This document shows positions 49,696 through 61,459 of a stretch of 64,000 nucleotides of DNA, one piece after another; the first letter of the stretch is position 1, and each line of letters opens with the position of its first letter. The position numbers and the translations under genes are program-made. The notes beneath the pieces were generated by a model that saw only the letters and a list, made by a program, of their open reading frames with translations, made no database searches and was not told the origin of the DNA. Source of the stretch: Alphaproteobacteria bacterium (GTDB lineage: Bacteria; Pseudomonadota; Alphaproteobacteria; UBA7887); assembly GCA_965216755.1 (NCBI GenBank), contig CBDCGL010000011.1:1920001-1984000 (forward strand), written 5' to 3'.

Positions 49696-51878
49696 TCTGC
49701 TGCCGCTATCCGCAATGGCGCCGGTCGTCCGGTCTTGTTCAAAGCCCGGCCACGTCCCGACAAGCTCGGATTGGTCATGAAATATGTGTGCGCGCAAAAC
49801 GAATCGTCATCGGCGAGCAAACGTTCGTAGTCGCCATCCGATTTCATTGACCAACTTTGCAATTTGTCTTTGAAATTCGCGACCATGATTTGGTTGAGGA
49901 TCTGCTCGTGCACGGTCGGATTGTCGATTGGAACCATGACCTCACAACGCCTGTCGAAGTTGCGCGGCATCCAATCCGCCGACGAGATAAATATCTTGGC
50001 ATCCGGTGACGGCAGCCGTCGCCCGTTGCCAAAGCAGACGATGCGCGAATGCTCAAGAAAACGGCCAACAATACTCTTCACGCGAATATTGTCTGATAGG
50101 CCTGGAACGCCCGGCCGCAAGCAACAGATGCCCCTTACCACCATGTCGATATGGACGCCAGCCGTGCTCGCCGCATACAGCGCGTCAATTACGGCCGGAT
50201 CCACCAGCGAATTGAGTTTTATCCAAATCGTCGCCGGGCGTCCGGCCTGTGCATGTTCGATTTCTTTGTCGATGCACGAAAGCACCGTGCTGCGCAAATT
50301 GATCGGTGCCAGCGCCAGCTTGTCCAAATGTTCGGGGCGGGCGTAACCGGTTCCGAAGTTAAACACGCGCGCGGCATCGCGCGCCAAGGCTGGATCACAG
50401 GTGAAGAACGACAAGTCGGTGTATATCCGCGCCGTGATCGGATGATAGTTCCCGGTCCCGTAATGCACATACGGCCGTAGAGCGCCTTCTTCGCGCCGCA
50501 CAACCAATGAGACTTTGGCATGCGTCTTGAGGCGCATGAAGCCAAACACGACGTGAACGCCGGCGCGCTCGAGGCTGCGCGACAGCCGCAAGTTGGCTTC
50601 TTCGTCGAAACGCGCCTTCAGCTCGATCAGCGCTGTGACCGACTTGCCAGCCTCGGCCGCCGCGACCAGCGCTTTCAATATCGGGGAGTTTGCAGAGGTC
50701 CGATAAAGTGTCTGCTTGATGGCAATCACCTCTGGATCGGCGGCCGCCTGTTCAAGAAACTTGACGACGACATCGAAGCTCTCATAGGGGTGGTGAACGA
50801 CAATGTCTTTGTGCCGAATTGCCGCGAAACAGTCGTTGCCAAAGTCGCGAATGCGTTCCGGGAAACGGGCCGTGTAGCGATCAAAAGTTAAGTCATTGCG
50901 CCCGCAATCTATCAATTGCTCGATCTGCGCAAGCCCAAGCATGCCTTCGATTTCAACTATGTCGTGGCGATGCGCCGTCAACTCGGTCGTTAGCAGTTCC
51001 CGCAAATCGTCGGGCATGTCCGCACTGAGTTTCAACAAAACGACATTGCCGCGGCGGCGTCGCCGTAACCCGGTTTCCAAGACCAGGACCAAGTCCTCGG
51101 CTTCTTCTTCGAATTCGATATCGCTGTCGCGAATCAGTCGGAAAAGACCGCGACCGGTTACCTCGTAGCCTTGAAACAGTTTTTCGATAAACAGTTCGAC
51201 AAGGGCTTCCAGGGCAAAAAAACGTACCCGTTCGCCAGGCAGCCTTATGAAGCGGCGAATGAGATTGGGTAGCGGCACATGCGCGCGCATCGTGCCGCCA
51301 TCGCTCTTGCGTCTCAACGACAGGGCAAGAGCAAATCCGCGATTGGGGAAGAACGGAAATGGATGCGCTGGATCGATGGCCAGTGGCGTCAATACGGGAA
51401 AGACTTGTTCGTTGAAATAGGTTTCCAACCACCGTCGGTCGTCATCGCTCAGCTCGTCTGCATCAACCACCGCGATGCCGGAATCGCGCAAGGCCTTTCG
51501 CATCTCTCGCCAACGCGCCTGCTGCTCGCCAATCAGTGCGTTGGCACTACGCTGCACAGCCTGGAGCTGTTGCTCGGGAGTCAAGCCATCTTGGCTCGAT
51601 TGAGTCACGCCGGCATCGATCTGAGCCTTCAGTCCGGCGACGCGAACCATAAAAAACTCATCCAGATTGCTGGCAGATATCGACAAAAACCGCACACGCT
51701 CCAGCAGCGGGTGGCGTGCGTTGTTGGCCTCGGCGAGGACGCGTCTGTTAAAGGCCAACCATGACAGTTCGCGATTGAGATAACGCGGTTCGGACGATTT
51801 GACACGCGAAGTCTGGTCTTTCGGTAAGCTCATAGCGGCGCCAGACGATCCAGTTATGCGTGTTTTGTCCTCCATCAT
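49692..51878 (-). CDS. ppk1: Polyphosphate kinase 1
   Basis: [48 protein letters not shown]. Confidence 0.97.
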   Translation of the reverse strand: MMEDKTRITGSSGAAMSLPKDQTSRVKSSEPRYLNRELSWLAFNRRVLAEANNARHPLLERVRFLSISASNLDEFFMVRVAGLKAQIDAGVTQSSQDGLTPEQQLQAVQRSANALIGEQQARWREMRKALRDSGIAVVDADELSDDDRRWLETYFNEQVFPVLTPLAIDPAHPFPFFPNRGFALALSLRRKSDGGTMRAHVPLPNLIRRFIRLPGERVRFFALEALVELFIEKLFQGYEVTGRGLFRLIRDSDIEFEEEAEDLVLVLETGLRRRRRGNVVLLKLSADMPDDLRELLTTELTAHRHDIVEIEGMLGLAQIEQLIDCGRNDLTFDRYTARFPERIRDFGNDCFAAIRHKDIVVHHPYESFDVVVKFLEQAAADPEVIAIKQTLYRTSANSPILKALVAAAEAGKSVTALIELKARFDEEANLRLSRSLERAGVHVVFGFMRLKTHAKVSLVVRREEGALRPYVHYGTGNYHPITARIYTDLSFFTCDPALARDAARVFNFGTGYARPEHLDKLALAPINLRSTVLSCIDKEIEHAQAGRPATIWIKLNSLVDPAVIDALYAASTAGVHIDMVVRGICCLRPGVPGLSDNIRVKSIVGRFLEHSRIVCFGNGRRLPSPDAKIFISSADWMPRNFDRRCEVMVPIDNPTVHEQILNQIMVANFKDKLQSWSMKSDGDYERLLADDDSFCAHTYFMTNPSLSGRGRALNKTGRPAPLRIAAAE

Positions 51879-52152
51879 GCGCCTTCCTCCCAGCTTCTCC
51901 CGTCTTTTGCTCCCATCTTACCCGGGATTGTGCCTTTCGATTGCGACAACCATGTTGCTGGAGACAATTGGCCGCGCCAAGCGACCGAGTCGCTCCCCGC
52001 GTGCCCGCCTCGACAGGTCGCTCCATCTCTCCTTGTTAACATTGTGGCCGTCAACGCCCGCTACCAGCCCACCCGGACCACGAGCCGGAAAAATCGCTAC
52101 TCGTCGGTTGAAACGCGACGGGCTTGTAATAAGAGCGACGTGGTCTGGCCGA

Positions 52153-52932
52153 TTAGAATGTGCCTGGATAGAGACCACCATCGAGCAGAAAATGCTGGCC
52201 AGTGACATATCCCATCTGCGCGCTGCACAGAAATGCGCATGCCTCGCCAAATTCCTCTGGCGTACCGAATCGCCCAGCGGGGATCTCGGCCATTCGCTCA
52301 GCCCGAATTTCTTCAAGTGGCCGTCCCTCTTTCTCCGCGGCGTAAGCCGTCGCGCCGCGCAGACGATCAGTTTCGATGGATCCTGGTAGCAGATTGTTGA
52401 TGGTCACATTGTGCCGAACGGTCTGGCGCGCGAGTCCGGCGACAAACCCAGCCAGGCCGGTACGCGCACCATTCGACAGGCCCAAGATCTGAATTGGCAC
52501 CTTGGTCGATACCGACGTGATATTGACGATGCGGCCAAAGCGCCGATCGATCATGCCATCGACCGTGGCCTTAATGAGTTCAATGGGGGTGATCATATTG
52601 GTGATCACGGCCTTGAGCCAATCTTCGCGATCCCAATTCCGAAAATCGCCCGGCGGTGGACCGCCCGCGTTGTTCACCAAAATGTCTGGCTGCGGACACA
52701 CGTCCAAAAGGCGAGCTTGCCCGTCCGCGGTTGTCACGTCGGCAGCGACGGCGGTCACGGGGTGACCGGTTTGTTGTTCGATATCTTTCGCCGTCGCGGC
52801 CAATGTCGCTTCGTCGCGACCGTTGATGATCACGTTGACGCCTTCGCGCGCCAATGATGTCGCACAGCCTTTTCCCAAGCCCTTGCTCGACGCGCAAACT
52901 ATGGCCGTTTTACCGGCAATCCCCAAGTCCAT
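52153..52932 (-). CDS. Short-chain dehydrogenase/reductase
   Basis: CASSKGLG, NNAGGPPPG, SNGAR (atypical catalytic motif), PAGRFG. Confidence 0.9.
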   Translation of the reverse strand: MDLGIAGKTAIVCASSKGLGKGCATSLAREGVNVIINGRDEATLAATAKDIEQQTGHPVTAVAADVTTADGQARLLDVCPQPDILVNNAGGPPPGDFRNWDREDWLKAVITNMITPIELIKATVDGMIDRRFGRIVNITSVSTKVPIQILGLSNGARTGLAGFVAGLARQTVRHNVTINNLLPGSIETDRLRGATAYAAEKEGRPLEEIRAERMAEIPAGRFGTPEEFGEACAFLCSAQMGYVTGQHFLLDGGLYPGTF

Positions 52933-52946
52933 CCGCTTCTCCTTGT

Positions 52947-53630
52947 CTAGTCCGACGGCAAATCCGCCAAGGCCTCTCGTGCCAGTGCCACCGTGATTCG
53001 TCGCTGCTTGGCCAATGCCGTCCGATCAATCGTCGCGACAATTCGTCGAGCGCTTGCAAACGACCTTTCCATCCGCGTCAACAAAAACGCGACAACGGTC
53101 TCATCGATCATGATCTGCCGATCCCGGAATTGTTTGATGAGGACGGCCGCCAAGAGCGAATCGTCGGGTGCGCCTATGCCAACGGCCGGCAGCGCCATGA
53201 TCCGCGATGACAGATCTGGCAGCGTCAACGACCATCCGACCGGCGGACCGCGGCCCGTAAGTAACAAGCCGACATCCGCCTCGCGCGCGGCGTTCAGCAT
53301 GTGCAAGAGGGCAGCTTGATCCGGCGCCCGATCAGCATGTTCCAGGATAATGCCTTTGGCAAGCCTCTGTTCAAGAAAATCAGCGACACGCGCGCGCTCC
53401 AGTTTGCTTGCATCGACGAATTGGCTGTCGCTGCGTTCGGCCCAAACCTTGGCCAAGTGTGTCTTTCCGCAGCCGGGTCGCCCGTGCAAAATCAAACCAC
53501 GCCCCGGCCATGCAGGCCAGCGATCGATCCAGTCGACGGCGGATTGGTTGCTGGGGGCGACGAGAAAGTCTTCGGCACCCAATGCCTCCCGACTTGCCAG
53601 GTCCAGGGCAAGCTGCGTTGGTCGTGTCAA
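52947..53630 (-). CDS. hda: DnaA regulatory inactivator Hda/HdaA
   Basis: QLALDL clamp-binding motif; GRPGCGKTHL; LPDLSSR; RMERS. Confidence 0.9.
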   Translation of the reverse strand: MTRPTQLALDLASREALGAEDFLVAPSNQSAVDWIDRWPAWPGRGLILHGRPGCGKTHLAKVWAERSDSQFVDASKLERARVADFLEQRLAKGIILEHADRAPDQAALLHMLNAAREADVGLLLTGRGPPVGWSLTLPDLSSRIMALPAVGIGAPDDSLLAAVLIKQFRDRQIMIDETVVAFLLTRMERSFASARRIVATIDRTALAKQRRITVALAREALADLPSD

Positions 53631-53644
53631 CTACGTACGCCGAA

Positions 53645-54721
53645 TTAGGAGCGCGTGTCGGGCGGCGCCGCGCCGTGAAATAGCGCGCTGCCCCGATAGT
53701 GTCCAACGGCGAAGCGCGTGAGAACACCGATCACCGCAGCGACGGGAACCGACAACAAGACCCCAACAAAGCCAAACAGGGCGCCACCGGCCAACAGGGC
53801 AAACATCACCCATACCGGGTGCAGGCCAACGCGATCGCCGACCAAATTGGGGGTTAGGAAATTCCCCTCAATGGCCTGCCCGACAAAAAAGATACCGGCG
53901 ATTATGGCAACCCGTATCGGATCGCCGAACTGGGCGATGGCCAGACCGACACTCAGGATCAGACCCGCGATCGAACCGACATACGGAATGAACGAAATCA
54001 GACCGGAAAGCAAACCGACCACTAGACCAAACTGAAGCCCGGCAACTTCCAAAGCTACCGCATAGGCAATGCCCAAAATCAGGCACACCGTGGCTTGGCC
54101 GCGGACGAACCCGGCCAAGGTTTGGTCGATCAAGCGCACTTGCTCGCGTACGGTTTCAGCATGAGCGCGAGGCAAATGAGAGTCGAACCAGGCCACCAGC
54201 CGATCCCAATCCCGTAGCAGATACCAGGACACGATTGGTGTGATGACCAACAATGCGATCAGATTGATCACGGCGACACCCGACGACCAAACGCTCCGCG
54301 CCAGGGAAAGCGACCATGTGACCAGCTGTTCCGAGATCTGCCCGATCGCCTCTTGCGCCCTGGCCGCGGCCTCGGGCGCCAACCCATCCGACCAGTCATT
54401 CACTGCTGGCACAAGGTCCTCACGCAATCGAGCCACTATTCCCGGAATCTCGGCCAAAAGCGCTACCAACTGGGTCTGCAAAACGGGGACGATCAGAAGT
54501 GTCAGGGCGATGATTAGGAGAAAAAACAGCAACAGGACGACACTGGTGGCGACGGTCCGCGAAATCTTCAAAAGCTCTAATCGATCGGTAACGGGATCCA
54601 GAAAATACGCAACCGCCATGCCCGCAACAAACGGCAGAAGAACTTGTTTGAGCAAAACCAGGATAGCGACGAACGCGGCGCCGATCAGAAGCCATGCGAT
54701 TGTCTGATTGCGGATGCTCAT
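53645..54721 (-). CDS. AI-2E family transporter
   Basis: LLPFVAG, YLLRDW, GFVRGQ, FIPYVG, EGNFLTPNLVG, LHPVW. Confidence 0.93.
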   Translation of the reverse strand: MSIRNQTIAWLLIGAAFVAILVLLKQVLLPFVAGMAVAYFLDPVTDRLELLKISRTVATSVVLLLFFLLIIALTLLIVPVLQTQLVALLAEIPGIVARLREDLVPAVNDWSDGLAPEAAARAQEAIGQISEQLVTWSLSLARSVWSSGVAVINLIALLVITPIVSWYLLRDWDRLVAWFDSHLPRAHAETVREQVRLIDQTLAGFVRGQATVCLILGIAYAVALEVAGLQFGLVVGLLSGLISFIPYVGSIAGLILSVGLAIAQFGDPIRVAIIAGIFFVGQAIEGNFLTPNLVGDRVGLHPVWVMFALLAGGALFGFVGVLLSVPVAAVIGVLTRFAVGHYRGSALFHGAAPPDTRS

Positions 54722-55266
54722 TGCGGGCCCTCAAGGTCACGACTGGCTTGAAACAGGCGACCAACATACACGGTTCCCGACATGACCGTCGTCAAACAGG
54801 TCAGATACATCAGTGCTTCCAAAACCAACTCGGGGATACTGGCAATCTCCGCAAGCTTGGCAAACGCAACCCCTACCAAAGCAATCTGTACCGTGGTGTT
54901 CAGCTTACTAATGAACAAGGGATGTACCTGGGGTTGCCAACCCAGCATGGTCATCAGCAACCATCCGCCGATAATCGACAAATCGCGAAAGACAACCAAG
55001 ATCACAATCCATACGGGGAGCACCTCAATCACGCCCAGCGCCACAAACGATGCTGCCAGCATGCTCTTGTCGGCAATCGGGTCTAGGTAGCTGCCCAGCA
55101 AGGTCGTCGCGTTGAATCGCTTGGCGATGAAGCCGTCTACTGCGTCGGATGCCGCACTTATAACGAACAACCAAAATGCCGGCCGATACCATGCCTCAAC
55201 CACCATCCAAACAATGATGGGAACGGCTGCAAAACGTGCCAGGCTAATGAGGTTGGGCAGGTTCAC
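54718..55266 (-). CDS. CDP-alcohol phosphatidyltransferase
   Basis: LPNLISLAR; DAVDGFIAKR...GSYLDPIADK signature. Confidence 0.93.
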   Translation of the reverse strand: MNLPNLISLARFAAVPIIVWMVVEAWYRPAFWLFVISAASDAVDGFIAKRFNATTLLGSYLDPIADKSMLAASFVALGVIEVLPVWIVILVVFRDLSIIGGWLLMTMLGWQPQVHPLFISKLNTTVQIALVGVAFAKLAEIASIPELVLEALMYLTCLTTVMSGTVYVGRLFQASRDLEGPQ

Positions 55267-55377
55267 GCGTGTATTATTGGTCCGCCTTCGATCGTGTCAT
55301 CTTTCCGCCGCCGCGTCCCTTTGGTTGCCGCGGCCGTCTGTGCGCCAATCCAGTCGGGCATATCACCAATCGCTTAA

Positions 55378-56706
55378 CTACTCGACCAGGAAGTCATCAG
55401 CCGTCGGACGCGTTTCAAGCGGCTCGTCTTGCTGCGGTGGCGCCGGGACATGGGCGTCAATCGCCGGTTCCGATTGTGGCGACGACGGTAACGGCGCGGC
55501 CGGGGAACCCGGTGCCGCCGAAACCGGCGGAGTCGAGCGCCCAACCGGCGGTCGCGGCAAAACTGTATCCGCGGCGAATGCGGCGCCTGTTGGCATCAGC
55601 TGCCACAGGCCACCGGTCTCTATCAGTGACAACCCGCGTCTTTCCAACGCCGACGCCAAGGAATCGATTTCACCGCGCACTTGTAGGGCGAGGCGTGCCC
55701 AACGCAAGTTTAGTTCTAGTAGCTCGGTCGCTTCGACATTGGCGACGGCGGTCAATTGTTTGCGCACGTCGAGCCAGTCGTCGATGTCACTGATCGGCAC
55801 AGCAACATCAATTTCTTGCACTTCGCCCAAGGCATAAAGGTTTTGAGACTTCCAGTTTCGGTCGAGCGTGGCCGCGACCATCTGAGTCGCGCGCGCCATC
55901 AACGCGTCCAGAGGCTCGTCGATACCACCAACCAGACTATCTTGAAACAATCGGGTTTCAGCGTCGCCATGGGCGTCGACAGTGACATCAATGCGCGGAA
56001 TACCAGCGGTCGAGGCCGTCTCGAATGAGACCAGCGCCACCAGAACGCGCTCAGCATCATAGGCGTTGGCCATGGCACGAATCGGATCAGGTGCGCCCTC
56101 TACAGCCTGCTGTGCGTCAATTGTTTGGATATCGTTGAGCTCCCCAAACGGCACAACCAAATCAACGACACCCTCAACCCTTTCAGTCTCAGCCCAAGCC
56201 TGTCGCCAAATATTTTCTTCCTCCCACAAGAGAAGGCGCTCCCTATCGCGCGCCACCGGCAAAACAACGACAGGCTCACTTTGGCCAACTGCGTAGGGCA
56301 GGTTCAAGCTGCGCAACAAGCGCGAAACGGGCTCTCGCCGAAAATCAACCGTCAGTTCTGCGACGTACCGGCGCGAAGAGCGCTTTTCGTTGGCAAGTTG
56401 GAATCCCAGCACCGTGTCGCGCACCATTGCCGCCGTGATGGCCGGCAGGCGGGAACGATCGGCTTCCAGCGTCAGACGCTCCAGCAGTCGACGCAGCGCT
56501 TCGCGTTGACCATCGGCCAACGCCTGGTCCTGAGCCGCTTGCGCACTATCAGCCGTGGCATCGATCTGCACACCCGTAACCGCAAATAAGTCTCCGCCGC
56601 GCGCAGCGTCACTTAGACCCGCCAAGGTCGCCACCAAAGCAACACCCGCGACAACGGTCCAACGCCGCTGAATTGCAATGCCGGACCAATGCAGTATTGT
56701 CCGCAT
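55378..56706 (-). CDS. DUF2066 domain protein
   Basis: Signal peptide; [10 protein letters not shown]...[13 protein letters not shown]; usual position divergent from purM; start uncertain. Confidence 0.8.
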   Translation of the reverse strand: MRTILHWSGIAIQRRWTVVAGVALVATLAGLSDAARGGDLFAVTGVQIDATADSAQAAQDQALADGQREALRRLLERLTLEADRSRLPAITAAMVRDTVLGFQLANEKRSSRRYVAELTVDFRREPVSRLLRSLNLPYAVGQSEPVVVLPVARDRERLLLWEEENIWRQAWAETERVEGVVDLVVPFGELNDIQTIDAQQAVEGAPDPIRAMANAYDAERVLVALVSFETASTAGIPRIDVTVDAHGDAETRLFQDSLVGGIDEPLDALMARATQMVAATLDRNWKSQNLYALGEVQEIDVAVPISDIDDWLDVRKQLTAVANVEATELLELNLRWARLALQVRGEIDSLASALERRGLSLIETGGLWQLMPTGAAFAADTVLPRPPVGRSTPPVSAAPGSPAAPLPSSPQSEPAIDAHVPAPPQQDEPLETRPTADDFLVE

Positions 56707-56764
56707 AAGCACACCGCCTGATTTTCGAAAATGGTCGAACACAGCGTTCATTCAGACTTATAGC

Positions 56765-57844
56765 ATGGTCGACAAATCTCTCAAAAAGACTCGCTATGCG
56801 GTAGCCGGCGTTAGTCTGGAAGCGGCAAGCGCTGTTGTCGATCGGCTTGGTCCGCTGGCCGCGGCGACCGCCCGCCCCGGCGCCGACGGCACGATTGGCG
56901 GCTTCGGCGGCTTATTTGACCTCGCCGCCTGTGACTTCAGCGATCCAGTTTTGGTGGCGGCCACAGATGGGGTTGGCACGAAACTCATGCTCGCCAGTGC
57001 AGTCGGACAATTCGATACCATTGGTCTTGATCTGGTCGCCATGTGCGTCAACGACGTCTTGGTACAAGGCGCAACACCACTTTTTTTTCTCGACTACTAT
57101 GCTGCCGGCCAAATGGATGTCGATACCGTCGCAGCCGTCGTGTCAGGAATTGCGGCCGGTTGCCGGTTGGCCGGTTGCGCGCTGATCGGTGGCGAAACAG
57201 CTGAATTGCCGGGACTTTATCGCCCCGGGCATTTCGACCTAGCGGGCTTTGTGGTCGGGGCCGCCGAACGGCGGCATCTGTTGACCGGCGACCTTATCGC
57301 ACCGGGTGATATCGTACTTGGGCTGGCGTCCAACGGCGTGCACAGCAACGGTTTCTCGCTTGTCCGTCACATCGTCTCCGAAAGCGGCCTTGAATACAGC
57401 GTACAGGCACCATTTGATCCCGATCGCGACCTGGGCGAGGCTCTGTTGGCGCCGACTCGCATTTATGTCGAAAGCCTGCTCCCCCTTGTCAGCCGGAATG
57501 GCAGCGGCATCAGGGGGCTCGCCCACATCACAGGTGGTGGGCTTCGAGATAATATCGCCCGGATCTTGCCCGATACTGTCACAGCCGCACTTGACGCAAC
57601 GAAGTGGTCGGCACCGCCCGTTTTTGACTGGCTGGCCAAGTGCGGCAATGTTCCGACCCCAGAAATGATCGACACTTTCAATTGCGGGCTTGGCATGGTC
57701 GCAATTGTCGAGCCCGAGCTTGCCCAACCGATCGCCTCGGAACTTGAATCTCGCGGCGAGCGTGTCTGGCAAGTGGGGCAAATTGTGCCGCGCCTGGACG
57801 AGCTGGCTGTAACCATAGCCGGCCTCGACACTTTGTTCTCATGA
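56765..57844 (+). CDS. purM: Phosphoribosylformylglycinamidine cyclo-ligase
   Basis: [49 protein letters not shown]. Confidence 0.97.
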   Translation: MVDKSLKKTRYAVAGVSLEAASAVVDRLGPLAAATARPGADGTIGGFGGLFDLAACDFSDPVLVAATDGVGTKLMLASAVGQFDTIGLDLVAMCVNDVLVQGATPLFFLDYYAAGQMDVDTVAAVVSGIAAGCRLAGCALIGGETAELPGLYRPGHFDLAGFVVGAAERRHLLTGDLIAPGDIVLGLASNGVHSNGFSLVRHIVSESGLEYSVQAPFDPDRDLGEALLAPTRIYVESLLPLVSRNGSGIRGLAHITGGGLRDNIARILPDTVTAALDATKWSAPPVFDWLAKCGNVPTPEMIDTFNCGLGMVAIVEPELAQPIASELESRGERVWQVGQIVPRLDELAVTIAGLDTLFS

Positions 57845-58512
57845 GTGCCAAAACGAAGACCCGTGTTCCCGTTGCCATATTGATCTCTGGTCGGGGCTCG
57901 AACATGGCTGCGCTACTCGACGCCGCGCGCGAACCCGGCTACCCCGCCGAGGTCAAGTTGGTCATTTCCAACCGGCCGGACGCGGCCGGTCTGGATCTCG
58001 CCGCGAAACGGAACACGAGAACTCTCGTGATCGACCACACGAAATTTCCCGATCGCAATGACTTCGACACCATGCTGGGCAACACGCTGGCAGAAGCCGA
58101 CATAGAGTATGTTTGTTTGGCTGGGTTCATGCGGCTGCTCGGCCGCCCCTTCGTCGAACGCTGGCGCGAACGCGTGATCAACATTCATCCATCGCTGCTG
58201 CCGGCTTTTCGCGGCCTACACACGCATCAGCGCGTGCTGGCGTCGGGCGTGCGCATCACCGGATGTACCGTGCATTTTGTTCGCCCGGACATGGACGACG
58301 GTCCGATCATCTTGCAGGCTGCCGTGCCTGTGCATGAAGATGACAGCGAAGAAAGCCTTGCGGCACGTGTTCTCGCGGCTGAACATCGATGCTATCCGGC
58401 GGCCCTACGGTGGTTGGCGGAAGGTCGTATCTCGCTGCGTGGCGAACGCGTCGCGCTCCAAGGCGTGACATCCCAAGAGCACAACTTGATCAGTCCAGCA
58501 CTCGACAGCTAG
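57841..58512 (+). CDS. purN: Phosphoribosylglycinamide formyltransferase
   Basis: [34 protein letters not shown]. Confidence 0.97.
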   Translation: MSAKTKTRVPVAILISGRGSNMAALLDAAREPGYPAEVKLVISNRPDAAGLDLAAKRNTRTLVIDHTKFPDRNDFDTMLGNTLAEADIEYVCLAGFMRLLGRPFVERWRERVINIHPSLLPAFRGLHTHQRVLASGVRITGCTVHFVRPDMDDGPIILQAAVPVHEDDSEESLAARVLAAEHRCYPAALRWLAEGRISLRGERVALQGVTSQEHNLISPALDS

Positions 58513-58519
58513 ACGAAGC

Positions 58520-58942
58520 TCAACCGACGATATCAACGCCCGCGAAAAAAAACGCGACTTCGCGGGCCGCGGTTTCCGGCGAGTCGGAACCGTGAACGGA
58601 ATTTGCCTCGATTGACTCGCCATAGAGCTTCCGAATGGTACCGTCAGCAGCGTTGGTTGGGTTGGTGGCGCCCATCACCTCGCGATTGCGAGAGATCGCG
58701 TCCTCCCCTTCGAGCACCTGTACAACCACCGGCCCGGAACACATGAATTCGCACAGATCTTTGAAAAACGCGCGTTCCTTGTGCACGTCGTAAAACTGCT
58801 CGGCTCGTGCGCGACTCAGCAGAATGCGTCGCTGCGCCACCACCCGCAATCCGGCATCTTCCAACAAAGCGTTGATCTTGCCGGTAATATTGCGACGGGT
58901 GGCATCTGGCTTGATGATTGACAATGTGCGTTCAGTGGCCAT
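58520..58942 (-). CDS. ndk: Nucleoside diphosphate kinase
   Basis: [23 protein letters not shown]. Confidence 0.97.
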   Translation of the reverse strand: MATERTLSIIKPDATRRNITGKINALLEDAGLRVVAQRRILLSRARAEQFYDVHKERAFFKDLCEFMCSGPVVVQVLEGEDAISRNREVMGATNPTNAADGTIRKLYGESIEANSVHGSDSPETAAREVAFFFAGVDIVG

Positions 58943-59077
58943 GGCTTGTTCCCAGAGCGATCAGTGAAGCGATCGGGTTTATAGACAGCACCGCCGCGCA
59001 CAGCAATGGCCCGATTGAGGTATTGTGGAAATCATTCGCGATTACCGCCCCATCCCATCACCGCCCAGCGACACAGT

Positions 59078-60961
59078 ATGCTCCACATTAATGGTCTGAC
59101 CCACCGTATCGATGGCCGGCCGTTGTTCGACCGGGCAACCTGCGCCATCGCAAAAGGTTGGCGTGTCGCTTTGATCGGGCGCAATGGTTCCGGGAAATCA
59201 ACGCTCATGCGGCTGATTGCCGACCAGACACCGCCGGACCACGGCACGATCAATCGGCGTCCCGGTATCACCGTGGGATATTTGTCACAAACAGCGCCGA
59301 ACGGTGCCGACTCACTCATCGATGTGGTCCTGGCGGCTGACCATGAACGTACACAGCTGTTGACTGCGCTCAGCACCGAAACAGATCCGCACACGATCGC
59401 AAACATGCAAACGCGCTTGGCTGATATCGGCGCCCACGCCGCGCCGGCGCGCGCTGCCACGATCCTGCATGGCTTGGGTTTCCCGACACCCGTCCAATCG
59501 CAAATGCTGAACACGCTTTCGGGTGGCTGGCGCATGCGCGTCGGCTTGGCGCAGGTGTTGTTTTCGGCTCCCGACGTCATGCTTTTGGACGAACCCACAA
59601 ATCATCTAGATCTCGAAGCAACCGTGTGGCTGACGTCCTTTCTTGCCCGTTGGCAAGGAACATTGTTGATCGTCAGTCACGATCGGAATTTGATTAATGC
59701 GGTCGCGACGCACACCGTCCATCTCGAAAATGGCAAGCTTGCCACAACGCCTGGCGGCTTTGACGAGTTCGAAAGAATTTATCAAGAAAAACAAATTCTT
59801 GCCCAAAAGTCCTACGAAAAAGAACAAGCTTATCGGGAACATCTCCAGTCTTATGTCGACCGATTTCGGTACAAGGCGACAAAGGCGCGACAGGCGCAAA
59901 GTCGTCTAAAAATGTTGCAGCGATTGCAGGCCGCACCGCCGCGTCCGCGCCCCGCGGCCACAGACATAATCTTCCCGGAACCAGAGCCACTACCGCCACC
60001 TGTCATAACGCTCGAAGATGCGGCTGTCGGCTATGGGGAACACGCGCCTGTCTTGCACGACTTGAACCTGCGCATTGACTTGGACGATCGAATCGGCCTG
60101 TTGGGTGCCAACGGTAACGGCAAAACGACCCTCGCCCGGTTGCTCGCGGGCCGCCTCGACGTCACGCGGGGCAGCTGCGTCCGCACGCCCAAACTGCGTG
60201 TCGGCTATTTTTCTCAAGACCAATTCGACACGTTGGCGCCGACCAACACACCCATGACCCAGATTGCGCCACTCATGCCCGGTGCGGACGTGACAGCCAT
60301 ACGCGCCTATCTCGGCCGCTTTGCAATATCGGCCGAACATGCCGACACCGAAATCGCCCATCTTTCCGGAGGCGAGCGGGCACGGTTGCTACTGGCCGTC
60401 ATGTGTCACGCGCGCCCGCAATTGCTCATTCTCGACGAACCGACAAACCATTTAGACTTGGTCATGCGCCAGGCCCTCATCGATGCCATCAACGATTTTG
60501 CCGGCGGCATCGTGTTGATCACGCATGACCGGTCCTTGCTGGAATTGTGCACGGAACGTTTGTGGTTGGTCGCTGACGGTCGTTGCCGGCCCTATGACGG
60601 CGATTTAGAGGACTACAGTCGCCTCACGCTCAAACGGCGCCGAAACGATGATGGTACCGGCAGACGCACCGCTGCTGACGGACGGCCGTCAAAAAAAGAG
60701 ATGCGCCGGGCGTCTGCCCAGGACCGCGCGCGAACTGTCGCACTGCGCCGCGCCGTCACGGACGCTGAACGCGAGATTGAAACACTGACGCGACAGCGCG
60801 ACATCTTGGACGCAAAGTTGGCCGATCCCGGCCTCTACAACGGACGGGCGGACGAAATCAGCGCCCTTAATCAGCAGCGCGTGGCCATTATGGCGGCGCT
60901 CACGCGGGCGGAAGACGCGTGGCTTGTCGCCCAAGACGCGCTCGATACCGATGGTCGCTAG
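59078..60961 (+). CDS. ABC-F family ATP-binding protein (YheS-like)
   Basis: Two ABC domains (GRNGSGKS/LSGGWRMR/DEPTNHLD; GANGNGKT/LSGGE/DEPTNHLD), no TM segments, C-terminal coiled coil. Confidence 0.93.
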   Translation: MLHINGLTHRIDGRPLFDRATCAIAKGWRVALIGRNGSGKSTLMRLIADQTPPDHGTINRRPGITVGYLSQTAPNGADSLIDVVLAADHERTQLLTALSTETDPHTIANMQTRLADIGAHAAPARAATILHGLGFPTPVQSQMLNTLSGGWRMRVGLAQVLFSAPDVMLLDEPTNHLDLEATVWLTSFLARWQGTLLIVSHDRNLINAVATHTVHLENGKLATTPGGFDEFERIYQEKQILAQKSYEKEQAYREHLQSYVDRFRYKATKARQAQSRLKMLQRLQAAPPRPRPAATDIIFPEPEPLPPPVITLEDAAVGYGEHAPVLHDLNLRIDLDDRIGLLGANGNGKTTLARLLAGRLDVTRGSCVRTPKLRVGYFSQDQFDTLAPTNTPMTQIAPLMPGADVTAIRAYLGRFAISAEHADTEIAHLSGGERARLLLAVMCHARPQLLILDEPTNHLDLVMRQALIDAINDFAGGIVLITHDRSLLELCTERLWLVADGRCRPYDGDLEDYSRLTLKRRRNDDGTGRRTAADGRPSKKEMRRASAQDRARTVALRRAVTDAEREIETLTRQRDILDAKLADPGLYNGRADEISALNQQRVAIMAALTRAEDAWLVAQDALDTDGR

Positions 60962-60979
60962 GCCCCGTGCGCGCGGACG

Positions 60980-61429
60980 TTAAGATTGTTTCTCCCAGCG
61001 GCCGTCCTCGGTTTGGCGCCAATAGGTCAATTCGTGACCGGTGTCTTTTAGCCGGCGCCAACGATCACGCGCCGCCGCCAACGCTGTTTCATCGTTGCCA
61101 TCGAACATGTCGATGCAGCGATCGAATTTCTCGATATCGGCGGCTTCAAGACTGTCGGTGAGGATCAAAACAGTCGCTTCGTTCGGGTTTTCCGCCTCCG
61201 TCGTCAAATAGATCGGCTGTTGCGACGCGTTACCGTCAGCGGGGCCACCATGCGGCAAGAACGAACCCGGATCGTAAGTCCACAACACGCTGTTCAATGC
61301 TTGCAGCCGATCTTCCGATCCGACCCGCACGACGGCACGTAAACCGCGTTCGTGCGCGCGCGCCAATAAGCGCGGCAACGCTTTTTCAAGCGGCCATTTC
61401 AGCAACTGGTAAAAGCCAACTTCGGTCAT
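60980..61429 (-). CDS. holC: DNA polymerase III subunit chi
   Basis: EVGFYQL, LWTYDPGSFLPHG, ARDRWR, YWRQ. Confidence 0.93.
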   Translation of the reverse strand: MTEVGFYQLLKWPLEKALPRLLARAHERGLRAVVRVGSEDRLQALNSVLWTYDPGSFLPHGGPADGNASQQPIYLTTEAENPNEATVLILTDSLEAADIEKFDRCIDMFDGNDETALAAARDRWRRLKDTGHELTYWRQTEDGRWEKQS

Positions 61430-61459
61430 CTCCAAGGTTCGTCAGATTCGCGCGTGCCG